Below are positions 50,665 to 63,870 of a DNA stretch of 64,000 nt, one piece after another. Position 1 is the first letter of the stretch; each line of letters starts with the position of its first letter. The notes under the pieces are model-generated. The model saw nothing but the letters and a program-made list of their open reading frames with translations. It searched no databases and had not been told where the DNA came from. The DNA comes from Okamejei kenojei (lineage: Eukaryota): positions 30,194,001 through 30,258,000 of the forward strand of contig CM069149.1 in the NCBI GenBank assembly GCA_035221665.1, in the 5' to 3' direction. Position numbers and translations under genes: made by a program.

Positions 50665-52191
50665 CTGTAAACAGAAAGGAGACATTACTAGCACATGGTT
50701 TAGGGGGAGGGGGGCGAGAATGGTGCAGTTGCAGGGATTGTGACCAGGAGGGTCGGTATATGCTAGATGGGTTATGGAAAAAGGTGCAGCAATGGGGGTT
50801 GGTGCAGTGTTAGGTTAATCCGATCAGGATTGTACTGGAACGGGATCAATGGTTCTTAGGGACCTTGGTGCATCAACCGGTATGAGATTACAAGACAGGG
50901 TGCGGGTCAGCCCAGTGTCTGAATTTAAGGCAACCATGTCTCTGCTGAATGAGGAAATGTTGTTCAGACCCATTACACTAACTTATTGACTCTTCATCCA
51001 GATATGTTTTATTTGTGAGGAGGGTTGCCAATCCAACTAGGGCTTCAGGCAAGAGCTCCAGATTCCCTTTACTCTCAGGCTGAAAAGCACCACCCCACCT
51101 CATCTTGAATCTTTCTAGTGACTCACAACTGCTCTTTGACTCTCTGCCAATGGCCTGGCACCAAAACACTTACTCTCTCCCCTTGCACTGTCAGCCTTTT
51201 TCCAAACCATTGCCTCGTGCTCCTCTGGACTGAACTTCCTTTGACAGATTGTTGCCTTTCCGTGCAATCCGTTGATAGCTCCCTGCCACCCACAGCTTCC
51301 CTCCCCACTACTAATACCAATACCACCGCCCAGCCAACCTTTGCACAGACTATGAAACGAATCACAACTTCCCTCCATCAGCTCCATTGGTTAAGTCTCC
51401 CTTCAGGCTCCTCCATTGTGAAGCAAAAAACCCAGCCTTGTCAGTTTCTCTCCATATCTGGCAGATAAAAGAGAACTCAGATGCTGGGATCTGGAGGAGA
51501 AAACAAATCGCGAGAGGAACTTAGCGGGTCAGGCAGCATCAATGGGGAAGAGGAACAGTCGATGTTTCAGGATGAGACCTTTCATCAGTTCCTCCTGATT
51601 ATTAAACTCCTGCAGGCCCAGTAACGTCCTGGTTAAATGTCTCCCTGGGGATGTCACATTGTTGCTGGAAGGTATCGACGATCTGCATTCAGCACTTTGT
51701 GCTCCACACACTTTTGGCATAACTTCCCTGCTCTTGATTTCTACACCGCAGCTAGTAGAAAGAATCACCCCCCTTATCTTTATTGCCACTGTGTTGCTCA
51801 AAGCTGCTACCTTCCAGGAAATGAGGATGCATCATAGATCCCTCCGTCCCTCTATGGTATCCAACTATGTATTGTGTATCCCCTTTTACCTGGGTTTGCC
51901 CTCTCTGGATAATGTGGTTAACCGCAAAAAAAATGTCCAGACTACAGGAAAATAATCAATGGATTGGATGCATGGGCAAAAAAAAATGACAAATGGAAAT
52001 CAGTTCATAGAGGCACTAGGTCACCACCTTGGCAATATCCTCATAAATCCACTCTACAATCTGTCGAGCAATATCATATCCTCCCTGTGGGATGATGACA
52101 ACTTCAGCTATGCTCTGTGATTTACACACTTCCGTGATGACCATGCTGCTCCTGGCCCAGTGAAGCAACTAGTCCACCTACCTCCTCAACC

Positions 52192-52289
52192 GAAGATAGA
52201 CACAAAAAGCTGGAGTAACTCAGTGGGTCAGGCAGCATTTCTGGAGAGAAGGAATGGGTGACGTTTCGGGTCGAGACCCTTCTTCAGAC
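52192..52289 (-). mobile_element. 98-bp Penelope-derived insert with 11-bp TSD and minimal hammerhead core
   Basis: TSD cctcctcaacc at 52181-52191 and 52290-52300; minus strand reads CTGAAGA-A-GGGTC-TC-GACCC-GAAAC-GTC-ACCC. Confidence 0.8.
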
Positions 52290-52354
52290 CCTCCTCAACC
52301 CTTATCCACACCTGGGGATCAATAGACTTGTCTGTACACACTGCTTCCTCACTT

Positions 52355-53210
52355 ACAACAGCTCAGAAAGTCATGTTGCAGCTTTATAAAACTTTGGTGA
52401 GGCTATATTGGAATATTGTGGACAGTTCTGGCAGCCCCGTAACAGGAAGGATGTGGAGATATTGGAGAGGGTGCAGAAGAGGTTTATGAGGATGCTTCCC
52501 TGATCAGAGGATATTAACTATAAGCTGACATTGAACAAAATTGGATTGTTTTTTTCCGGAATGACAGAGGTTGAAGGGAGACATGATAGAAACCTCTGAC
52601 ATTCCAGAGAAAATAATCCAAGTTGAGGGGAGACCTGATAGAAATGATAAGTTGAGACAGACATAGATAAGGTAGATTGTCAGAACATTCACACAAAAGG
52701 TGGTGGGTGTATGGAACCAGATAAGATAGTTGAGGCTGGGACTATCCCAGCATTTAAGAAGCAGTTAGACAGGCACATGGATAGTTCAGGTTTGGAGGGA
52801 TATGGACCAAGCGCAGGCAGGTGGGACTAGTGTAGCTGGGACATGTGGCCGGTGTGGGCAGGTTGGGCCGAAGGGCCTGTTTCTACACTGTATCACTTTC
52901 TATGACTCTATTTCTCCTAGGGTGGAAATTTCAAATAGTAGAGGACACAGCTATACGGTCAAAGGACAAAGGTTCAAAGGAGATGCACGTTTTAGCTTTT
53001 ATACAGACAGCGATAGGTGCCTTGAATGTGTTGTCAGGGATGGTGGTGGAAGCAGATTATGATTGTTGCGTTTAAGAAACTTTTTTAGCCAGGCACATTA
53101 CTATGTAGAATGGGGGGAATGTGAAGCATGTGCAGGCAGAAAGCATTACTTTAAGCAGGTATCATATTTGACGCCGACATCCTGTGCTGTTATACGTCTA
53201 TATTCTATGT
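52355..53210 (+). mobile_element. Nested CR1 3' fragments
   Basis: LYKTLVR..LEYC.QFW, ERVQKRF and 3' UTR motifs. Confidence 0.8.
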
Positions 53211-54021
53211 TAGCAGTTAATTTTTGTACCATTTGCAATTAGTCCAATCATTCATACTCTATATTTAAGTCTAAATCATTGAAATATATCAGTGATGGTG
53301 ACTAGGTACTGAGACCTGTAAAGACCTCGGTATATGGTGATCCTGCCACTCAAATGTCTGAAAACATAATCGTCACAATTGTGAATGCATTTTGTGGAGG
53401 AATTGCAGAAAAGGAGCAAACATCACGGACATTGGCACTAGGTGCACAGTAAGTAGAGAAATCAGTAGTGCAATTCAAAACAGCCTGCAGAGGTTCTGGA
53501 AAGCAAGGTCGGAAGGATGTGCTGAGTCAGAGAGGATCTGGAATTGGTCCGTATAAGTCTAAGAAGATAGGTGCCGAAGGCCAAAAACGTCAGCATGGAC
53601 ATTGTGGGCTGAAGGTTCTGTTTCTATGACTCTAACTATAGGGGCAAGGGCATACAGATATGATACGTGGGTTAGGAGAGTCTGCACAGGACCGAATGAG
53701 TCAGTCAAGAACTAGGGAGTATCAGGACCAGACTGGAAGCAACTCCTCAGCACTACTAGAGGTGTGCCCGGATTAAGCTGCTGCTGAGGTTGGTTGAAGT
53801 TGATTGAAGAGCAGTGTTCTTCCACAGTGCATGGCCTGTGGAACTACAGGTCTGCTGCTGAGCAGGTCTGCTCCTGACTCTTTAAAGTAACGCTTACATT
53901 CTCGGCCATTTATAGACCGAGCCATTGCTAAAACAACAAAATGATTGAGTGGAAGGTCATGGATGGTGACAATCCCAGTCTCCATTCCCTTGGGATCTCA
54001 CATTGTACTCCTTTCACTCAC

Positions 54022-54115
54022 CGCTGTTCTGCTTGGTGCGTGGTGACTTTGAACTTGCCGGAGGTTCGGGTGCTGTAATAAGCTTTTGATCGGCTGTGAT
54101 CCACAAGCGCCGTAC
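54022..54115 (-). CDS. MICAL3: MICAL3-like exon, MO-CH linker (94 nt, phase 0-1)
   Basis: ttttggcAG / GTgagt. VRRLWITADQKLITAPEPPASSKSPRTKQNS(D); position, length and phases fit the MICAL 'VRHLY...' exon. Confidence 0.85.
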
Positions 54116-55129
54116 CTGCCAAAAGCAAGGGGACAGACATGTCAGTCTTGCTGCGGCTGAAGTTTTCAGCACGGGCAATAAATACCAGTGCTTTGTTGCA
54201 GGATTAGTGATGACGATGTTTGAGAGTGTTATAATTATTACCTGCCCATGCAGCCAAGAAAGGGTCAATATTAGAGAGGTTGGGGCCTGGGGAAGAAGCC
54301 TAGGGTAAAAGGGCATTAGAAGCGGGAGCCCCTCCTGGGAGAGACCGCCGTGAAGAGGAGCCAGTTCCCATTAAACTTCCAAAGCTACGGAAACGCGAGT
54401 GAGATGGAACAGGAACAGTTAGCTGGAGAGTATCGGTCACAGGTCAGGAAGCAGGACTGCTACCGGCATCCCTTGAGAATTATATCCAACTTCAGCCTCC
54501 TCTGAAAGCTCATAGCCAACTATCCCTCTCCCAATCCCACCCCTTCCATCTGCCCCATGGGTTTGGCTCGGTTCCCATATACGTTGGGGTTACTGTGAAG
54601 GCTCAGGGTAGGGTGGGGGAATTAGTCTGCTGTGAGAGGGCACAATGGATGCTGTCTGTTTTCTGTTGTACTGTTAGGGCTGGATCCTCTGTAGCAGCAG
54701 GACTAAACCTGAGGAGTGCAGTTGTGTTCATGGTAACTGCTGGGTCTGGCAGGTCAAATTTGCTGCTGTGATACAAGCTGCTGGAATTGTCTCAGTTATT
54801 GCTCATAGGACGTTACTGAGGGCTAGAGCAAGGGTGACGGTTCCTCCTGCATCAGGGTGCTCCAGGAGTTTGTGAGCATAGAAGATTTAACTTCCTGATG
54901 TTGGATGGGAGGTTGGATTGAATGGAAGGTGCGTTTAGATTAAGGCTGACTGCTTGAGGCAGAGCTTGAGGGAAGGGACCTTTTGAGCATGGGGGGGGTC
55001 AGAGGAAAGACGGGGTCAGGAGACTAAGTTTGCATTTGGTCTGATGACGTCAGACGATGCATTGCATCTTACGAGAAGGAAATGTGGAAATCTTCATCCT
55101 GAGATATTTTTGTGATTTTCTCATGTTCA

Positions 55130-56135
55130 CGACCAAGCCAGCATTTATTGCCCATTCCTAATTGTCTTTGAGAAGGTGGGAGATTCATTGCAGTCCATCC
55201 GTCATGGGTGCTTCCACCCGTGCAGTAGAGTATGGCCCTTTATCTCTTGATGCGTTCCAGTGCTCAGACCCTGCAACAAGGAACAAATTGCAGGCAGGTT
55301 TGCGGGAGAGTCCCTCCGGAAATTGGCATTCCCACATACCTTCTGCCCTTTTCCAAAGTGCTGGGCATTGCGGTGTATTGTGAAAAAAGCCTTGGTACAT
55401 TGCCAGAGTACTTGCTGTACCTGGCACACACCACAGCTGATGGTGGAATGAGGTTTTTAGGATGGTTTACTTTTTCCAGATTGTTGTCGTACTTCTTAGG
55501 AGTCATCGGAGTGGTGCTCATCCAGACAGGTGGGGAGTGTTCTGCCCCACTCCTGCTTATCGCTTTCCAAAGGGGGAGCAGCGCCAGGGAATCAAGTTTG
55601 AGTCACACCCTGGGGGCGGTAGATGTCCTGTTTGCCAACTTCTCTTGTGGTGATAGTGAGCAGGGGCCTGGGCCAGTTAAGAGTTTACTGATTGATGCAC
55701 CAAGGTGTCAATGGTGGGTTATCAGGCAATGGAAATGCCAAGTCAATCATTACATAGTTCATGCCCGACGCTCCCTTGTTCTTGCATCATTAAGTGAGTG
55801 ACATCAAATAGAATTGACCACTGGGCAGTGAGCAGAGAAGATGCATTGACTCAAGTGGTAGTGCCTTGGATTCACCGATGTTCTGGGGACTGCAAGAATC
55901 ACAATCTCTTCCTTTCACTGGAGGCTTCTCGTGCCGAACATTCCGTTGACTTCAGGGACAGTCTCTCACATCGGTCGGTGATGGAGTTTGGCTCTTCGTT
56001 CATGTGTAGACCAAGAGTGAAAAAATGGCTGGAGCTGTGTCGGCCTGGAGCAGCTAAACTGAACATGAGCGGGCAGGTTAGAGCTGAAGTCGGCAACACC
56101 TTCCTGCATTTGCTGCAGGAAGATGATGATTGAAA
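55130..56135 (-). mobile_element. Old degenerate LINE remnant
   Basis: Decayed ORF fragments and a LINE-like 3' end; no intact frame. Confidence 0.5.
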
Positions 56136-57344
56136 TGCTGCTCATTAACAGTTGGATTTCTCCTGCCTCTTGGTGAGAGGACACACTTGGGCATTATTCC
56201 ACATGGTCGGGTTTGTAACAGCAAAGCAGCCCGAGGTATAGCTGCCGAGGGAGCACAAACCTTTCCTCGGTATTGGGTCTTTTGGATCTGTCGCTTCCTG
56301 GCCACTCATGCGAACCATGATACACACAAAGGATCTGATTGACTAGAGCGCTGTGCTATAGAGCAGGGATGCCTCTGGAGGAGAGCAAGTGAATCAACCA
56401 TCGGCACTTCAACCTTGCTTTTTCCGGGCTCCACTTTGCTGAACTGGAAGACCGGTCCCGTTTCCCGACCCAAAACATCACCTATCCGTGTTCTCCAGAG
56501 ATGTTGCCTGAGCCGCTTACTCCAGCACTTTGTGTCCTGTTTTCCACTACGCTAGGGATAGCCACGAAGCTGCCTCCTCAGACTGGAGGGCCAACTGCCC
56601 AGCGCTATTCGCCGCATTTCAGGGCATGAATGCAGAGTTTTGACCTTGCGGGATTGTTTGCCTCAGCTTCTACACACATGTAATCCGTTGTTCGATTTCA
56701 GGCATGCCCAGTGCATACCCCTCACTGACGGCATCGGTAGGGACGGGTATGTCGGGCCATTAGGTTACAGATTGGGGTGGTGTACATTTGCAAATGGAAC
56801 AAGCTCAGATAGACACATAGGTTGGCATGGATGTGTTGGGCAGGAGGGCTTGTTTTGGTGGTGCTAGTGGGCCAGAGTCCTCATGGACGTCCAGTTTTGA
56901 TCCACTAGCACGGCTTTGAATCCATACAATCCGGCATGATTGCTGGGGCTATGTCTTAACAAGGAAGGTGCAACCATCACTGCCATGGTCAAAAGGTCCA
57001 GCAATTGATGAGGGCAAGAAACAGGTTCATCATTAGTGGCTGGTTTACATTCAATGTAGGGGTCTTGGAGAAGGCTTACGGATAGAGCCTGGATCCAATG
57101 GAGGGCAGGAGTGTTGGAGGAGGCTGTGGCTAGGACTTGGGATTATGTTTGTGCTGTGGTGATGGGGATGTCAGGTTGACTGCTGAGCTAGGGCTTATAA
57201 TAGTTCATAGTGCGGTGCTGACTTGGGTTTATTGCTGTATGACGGGAGTGGTACTGTGCTTACTGCTGAGTTGGACAGAGGAGACCATGTCTCCCAGCAC
57301 ACTGGAGCTGCAGCAAGAGTCCCTGTTCTCCTGGTAAGACGCAA

Positions 57345-58447
57345 GACAAGACGGTTGACACAAAATGTTGGAGAAACTCAGTGGGTGAGGCAGCATCTGT
57401 GGAGAGAAGGAATTGGCGACGTTTCGGATTGAGACGCTTCTTCAGACTGATGTCAGGGGGGGGGGGGGGGACAAAGAAAGAATGTAGGCGGAGACTGTAA
57501 GACTAGTGGAAGAACTTGGAAGGGGGAAGGGATGTACAGAGAAAGCAAAGGCTATCTAAAGTTAGAGAAGTCAATGTTCATACCGTGGGGTGTAAACTAC
57601 CCAAGCGAAATATGAGGTGCTGTTCCTCTAATTTGCGCTGGGCCTCACTTTGACAATGGAGGAGGCCCTAGACAGAAAGGGCAGATTGGGAGTGGGAGGG
57701 GGAGTTGAAGTGCTGGGCCACCGGGAGATGAGCTTCCTTTAAGACGGACTGAGCGGAGGTGTTCAGTGAAACGATCGCCTAGCCTGCGCTTGGTCACACC
57801 AATCTAGAGAAGATGACACCTGGAACAGCGGATGCAGTAGATGAGGCTGGAGGAGGTGCAAGTAAACCTCTGCCTCACCTGGAAAGACTGTTTGGGTCCT
57901 TGGATGGAGTCTGCCAAGCTCATCTACTGCATCCGCTGTTCCAGGTGTCAACCTCTCCACATCGGCGAGACCAAGCGCAGGCTCGGCGATCGTTTCACTG
58001 AACACCTCCGCTCAGTCCGTCTTAACCAAGCTGATCTCCAGGTGGCTCAACACTTCAACTCCCCCTCCCATTCCCAATCTGATCTTTCTGTCTAGGGCCT
58101 CCTCCATTGTCAGAGTGAGGCCCAGCGCAAATTAGAGGAACAGCATCTCATATTTCGCTTGGGTAGTTTACACCCAAGGGCTATGAACATTGACTTCTCT
58201 AACTTCAGACAGCCTTTGCTTTCTCTCTCCATCCCCTCCCCCTTGCCAGTTCTCCCACTAGTCCCACTGTCTCCGCCTACATTCTTTCTTTGTCCCACCC
58301 CCTCTCCTGACATCAGTCTGAAGAAGGGTCTCAACCCGAAATGTCGCCAATTCCTTTTCTCCATAGATGCTGCCTCACCCGCTGAGTTTCTCCAGCATGT
58401 TGTGTCTACCTTCGATTTTACCAGCATCTGCAGTTCTTTCTTAAACA
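57345..58447. mobile_element. Inverted pair of Penelope-like 3' fragments
   Basis: Plus arm encodes LIYCIRCSRCQPLHIGETKRRLGDRFTEHLRSV (GIY-YIG endonuclease); 57350-57790 is its reverse complement. Confidence 0.9.
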
Positions 58448-58494
58448 CGACAAGATGGTGTTGGTGGACTGAGCATTAATGATAATTTACTAAC

Positions 58495-58621
58495 CTGATT
58501 GGGATCCACAATGTGGATATTGACCTTGGGGTATCGGGTGACGGGATCAAGGCTGTACGCATTGTGGTCCTTGATGATGTTCTGCGGCGTGGTCTGAGGC
58601 AGTAATCTGTAAATGCTCTCC
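58495..58621 (-). CDS. MICAL3: MICAL3-like exon, end of monooxygenase domain (127 nt, phase 2-0)
   Basis: tttccAG / GTtagt. (R)[42 protein letters not shown]; phase matches neighbours. Confidence 0.95.
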
Positions 58622-61600
58622 CTGGAAACGAGTTTTGCACATTAATCATGGCCTGCACACCACCAATCAACTAAACAGAAAGTCAACTGCAGAGAAAGGT
58701 GTAGTAGATGTGGTCTGGAAAGAGAAAAATGCGGGGAGGATTTTTCCACAGGTGGGAGTGTCTAGGACTAGAGGCCATTGGCTCATAATAAAAGGACATA
58801 CCTTTAGAAAGGAGATGCGAAGGAATTTCTTTAGTCAGAGGGTGGCAAGTCTGTGGAATTCATTGCCAGACTGCTGTGGAGGCCAAGTTTAAGGTGGACA
58901 TTGACCGATGTTTGATTAGTAAGGATGTCAAGGGTTATGGGGCGAAGCCAGGAGATTGGGGATGAGAGGGAAAGATAGATCAGTAATGATTGAATGGCAA
59001 AGTAGACTTGATGGACCGAATGGACTAATTAAGAAGAACCTCATTGAGTGATTCAGCACCATCTCGCCATTTACAGGACACAGACGTCTGCTGATGAAGG
59101 AAATCGAGCACATTTAACACTAATTAAAACAGCCAGGATCTCTTAAGCGAAGACACCCTGTTTGCAGACAACCAGGAATGGCATTGATGATTAAAATTTC
59201 ATGAAGAGATTCCACTGCTCCACGCTCTTGTTTTTTTAGATGCAGTGTAGATGACTCCAGTAAACCGATCACAGCGGGCCAGAGGTGAGATCGCCGCAGC
59301 CTGAACTTCCACGAGGGAAAAGCAAACAGGAAATCTATTCCAGGTGCTTATCTTCAAACAAGAAAAACGACCTGGCTAGTTTGTTGATTACTCACTGTTC
59401 ACATTACCAGCCCCGATGCTCAGTAACCCCTCTCTTTCATGGCAATGAACTTCACCCCTTCCTCAATGGCAGGAATCACAGAAAGTGCCATCCGTGTTGT
59501 CTGGGCACTTGGGAAAGTTTACAATAGAGAAGAAACTCATCAGAGGAAACAGGCGGCTCTGTGGTGGCTAATGCAGGAACATGTGGCACATTTGCACAAA
59601 ACGTCCCTGATTTCTGTTCCATTCCTGTCCGGTTGTGGAGAGGTCCTCGAGTCGTCGCCAGTTATCAGAGGGAGGAAGGGATTCTGCAGGTGAGGGGTTG
59701 CATGGTCTGAACTCTCACAACAACGCCTGCAATGGCCGCTTCGCCAACAGACTGTCTCGTCCCTTCCTTCTTTGTTGTTTTTTAGTTTGTGTTAAATGTA
59801 TTTGTGTTATTTAGCTTGTTTTAAGTGGGGGGCTGGGAAACTTTTTTTAATCTCTTACATCGATGGAGATGTGATGTTTTTCTGTATCGTACCTCTGTCG
59901 GCCCTGCGGCCGAACATCGAAGAGCTGGCGGCCACTGCTGGGGACCGACTTCGGGAGCTCCAACCGCGCGTGGGAGCCTGCAGGACTTAACATCGCGGAG
60001 CTGGCGGACTTGGAGCTCCAACCGCGGGAGCCTGCGGACTTTAACATCGTGGAACTCGTGGTCCCTAACCAGGGACCGTGAGTTCCACGATGTTAAACAC
60101 GACTTCGGGAACTCAAGGCCGCAGGAACTTCAACCTCCCGATCTCCCCGACGTGGGAGCTTCATTCACCGGCTGTGGGAGCTTCGATCGCCCCGACTGCG
60201 GATGGTTCGAGTGCTCCGACCCCGGGAGAATAAAGAGGAAGATTAGACTTTATTGCCTTCCATCACAGTGAGGAATGTGGGGAATCCGCTGTGGTGGATG
60301 TTTATGTTAACTTTTATGTAGTTGTGTGTCTTGTTCCTAATGTTTAGTATGTCTGTATGGTAATCCGAGTTTCACTGTACCTTAACTGGTACACGTGACA
60401 ATAAACTGACCTTTTGGACCTTTGAACACTTGTTTTGTAGTTATAAGAGTTCAGACAGCATGTCCCTTCACCTACGTTGAAACAGAAGTCTTTGTACCAT
60501 GTGTTGGTCAATGGAATTAGAGAGGCTGGGTGATTGATGAGCAGCAGGGATATGGTGGGCATCTTTCCATGCTCTATGACCCTGTGATACCTGTGGTTGA
60601 CAGGTGATAATCACAGGCAGAAACACTGAGCAATTGACTTTGTATAAACTGGTCAGAGTTGTGAGAAATCACTAAACAACAAGGTGTTTGCCCTTGAGGC
60701 ATCTGTTCAGATGCAGGCACTGCACAGTGCACTTTATCGACAGTAAGAGGAGCCTAATCCAGAATGAAGGGGGAATTAGCTTCACTAACAGTGAACCCAT
60801 GCATCAATATCAATAAACCTATTGGAAATGTGGAACTCTCCCAGAAAGATGTGGGAGGTCAAAAGATTCAACCGTGTTTATTTGTCGTATGCTCCAGATA
60901 TGAACAGGAACAATGAAATGTTACTTTGCTGCAGATACACCAACAACAAGAATTCTGTTGCTCTAAGTAAACTAAACCGAGAGAGCGCAAAAAAAGGATG
61001 TAAGAGAAACCATAGAAGAGTAACGTCTGTAGTGGTTTGCTGCGGAGGTAGGGTTGTGGTCAAGGGTGGTTCAAGAGCCTGATTGTTGATGGGAAGAAGA
61101 TATTCTTGAAACTGGAGGTCATGCTCTTGGCTTCCTGTACCACCTTCTCAATAGCAGTAGCAAGAAGAGAGTGTGGCCAGGGTTGTGTAGGTCTTCAATG
61201 ATATTAGCTGCCTTCTTAAGGCATTGCTTCCTGTAGGTTCCTTCGATGTGGGGAGTTCAGTACCCGTGAGTAACCGGAGTGATCAAATTGCTGAAACAGG
61301 CTGTGAGGCAACCAGTCATCTGTAAAAGCTTGATAGAGTATTTTGCGGCATAGCAAATCTCGGTAAACCTTTGAGGAAGTAGAGGCATTGATGAGCTTTC
61401 TTTATGATTTGGTCTAAGACAGATGATCAGAGATATGGAACTTGGAGTTGTTAACTCACGCCACCGCCAACATCAACAGCAGCTTTCAACACGAGCTATT
61501 TCATTTTACATCAGCAAATTAAATAAAATGGTTCAAGGCACAATGAATGGATAAAACAGAGATCACGTGGGGCATGATCCAGGAGAATAGGCTCAAGCGA

Positions 61601-61679
61601 CTAAAGGTTCCTATCACGTGCCAGAAGGACACAAAACTGACAAAGGTGACGATGACCATAGGGAAATTCAGAGATGCCG

Positions 61680-61915
61680 GAGTGGGGGTGGCTGGAGTGG
61701 GGAGTAGGGGCAGGTGGGTGGGTAGGGTGTGGGTGGAGTGGGAGTAGGGCAGGTGGGGGGGTGGGTGTGGGTGGGGTGTGGGGGTGGCTGGAGTGGGGAG
61801 TAGGGGCAGGGGTGGGTGGGTGGGTAGGGTGTGGGTGGGGTGTGGGGGTGGCTGGAGTGGGGAGTAGGGGCAGGTGGGTGGGTAGGGTGTGGGGGTGGCT
61901 GGAGTGGGGATTGGA
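61680..61915 (+). repeat. G-rich minisatellite (GGGGGTGGCTGGAGTGGGGAGTAGGGGCAGGTGGGTGGGTAGGGTGT-like units)
   Basis: About four imperfect tandem copies. A C-rich low-complexity tract lies at 62280-62445 on the other side of the 62062 exon. Confidence 0.85.
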
Positions 61916-62061
61916 TGTGGGTGCGTGTAATGAAAATCATGTGATCAGGTGTATATTCAAGTCAGTCAGCTGCCCGGCGTATGGAGGAATTGCAACAAAG
62001 ATCAGTCCACCCCCAACCCCCACAGCCCGACACAATGATACACCACAGCTGAAGCTCTCAC

Positions 62062-62177
62062 CTTTCCGCCAGCACTTTGAGTGGAGGAGTTCCCTGGGCC
62101 CAGGCTCGCACCATCCAGGCAGCATCAAACGCTGCCAGAAATCCACGAGCAATCCCAGTTCCCATGGGCCAAAAGGG
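62062..62177 (-). CDS. MICAL3: MICAL3-like exon, monooxygenase domain (116 nt, phase 0-2)
   Basis: ttccAG / GTgaga. [38 protein letters not shown](R); hallmark MICAL PFWPxGTG motif. Confidence 0.96.
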
Positions 62178-63196
62178 CTGGAAGAACAAACACAACCATT
62201 AGACTGAGATAAGTGATGGGAAACAAAGTCTACAACCAGAGCAGTTCAGACACATCTCGCCCCGGCACGACCTCGCTCCGCCCCGGACACACCCTGGCTG
62301 CCCCCACCCCCAGATACATCCTGACCCCCCACACCGACACACCCTGACCCCCCCTCCCCCAACACACCCTGCCCCCCCCTCCCCCGTCACACCCTGACAC
62401 CCCCCCTCCCGCGGACACACCCTGCCCCCTCTCCCCCGACACACACTTACCCTCTAGATTTCACACACAAATTTGTCTGCTAAATGAAAGTTAAAACTCC
62501 CAAATTTAAACCAGCCTGCAATCCGTGTTACTGCAAGTTTGTCAGATCACTGAACTTTCCACTTCATGGCTCCAAATGAAAAAATCCATTCTTGTCTCAG
62601 ACATTGCATTGATTAATTCTGCCCATATTTTTGCCACTGCTGGGCTTATCTCTCATCTGCAAACTGACCCAATTGACAACCAATTCATTCCAGAGGTAAA
62701 AGCCCTGTAGTTATCTCTGCTTTAAGGCCTCTACCCTTTATTTTCTGTGCTGGCCCAAAGACCCCCCTCCCCTCCCCCACTATGCCCTCCTACCCTACAG
62801 TCGTTAATGGAGGGATGTGAACCGTGGGATGAGATTAGATTGGCATCACAGCCAGTGCAGCGTGCTCATGTTCTGTACTGTTGTGTTCTAACAATACATC
62901 AGCCAACGTGGTACAGGGGGGACTATCGTAAGCTACTGCACTGGATCCAGTGATCTTTTAGTTTGCTCAGATCTCCAATGCCATCAGTGGCTGCCTCATG
63001 GACCAATCACTCTTTGTTTCACTGCAGGAGACCTGATGCACTGCAATGAATCTATTGGCCCAATGATCACAGCAGTAGATCTACTGATCTATTGTCCAGC
63101 AGCACGGCCACGATCCACTGGCCACATGGGGAACCCTGTCGAGTCCAGCCTCACAGCACAGGGATTGGTCAGCCTCACTGAGGTTTATGCACTAAC

Positions 63197-63454
63197 CTCC
63201 AACAGACTGTCGCCAACAAGGGAGACCAGCAAACGCTTCCCGCTCTCCTCCCGTATCAACGAGGCGTTCTCTGAAGCGTACATGCATGTGAAATCAAACA
63301 TGGCCACGTCAGGTTGGCCGTAATGGTTCATGGCAAAGTCCAACTGTGGCAGTAAGTGATGGGTGGAGAAGTCAGCCGCCTCCCTCGCATAGTTCAGCAG
63401 TGCCTCCTGATTGACGTTATTCCGGGACAGCAGCTTCTCCGTGTCAGCAAAGTC
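63197..63454 (-). CDS. MICAL3: MICAL3-like exon, monooxygenase domain (258 nt, phase 0-0)
   Basis: ttgttAG / GTtagt boundaries. Translates [86 protein letters not shown], closely matching MICAL3 as recalled. Exact paralog not certain. Confidence 0.95.
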
Positions 63455-63574
63455 CTAACAAGGAAAAGCAGAGAGACCACACAGGATTGTCAACCCGCAA
63501 CTCTGACCATATAGCTCATGGTTTAACGTGTCGAAGATCTCACAGCACATAATGTCTATAATGTCTCTCCTGAT

Positions 63575-63870
63575 ATTACTTTAGACTTTATAGATACAGC
63601 ACGGACACATGCCCTTCGGGCCCACCGAGTCCACAGTGGCCTGCAATCACTCTGTACACTAGCACAGTCCTGTGCACTTGGGACAATTTCCAATTTTACC
63701 GAAGCCAATTGACCGAAGCCGAAGAGTATGGGATGAAACCGAAACCTAGAGAAAAGCCATGTAGTTATAGGGAGAATGTACAAACTCTGTACTGACTGCA
63801 CCCGTAGCCAGGATCCAACCCAGGTATCTGGCGCTGTAAGGCAGCAACTCACCCGCTGTGCCACTATGTC
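63575..63870 (-). mobile_element. tRNA-derived SINE, same family as 42210
   Basis: Reverse complement of the 42210 element's head and core. Confidence 0.8.

Noticed and set aside
61668-62444. Pro-rich and Gly/Trp-rich ORFs
   Set aside because: Low-complexity G/C minisatellites; only 62062-62177 is coding.
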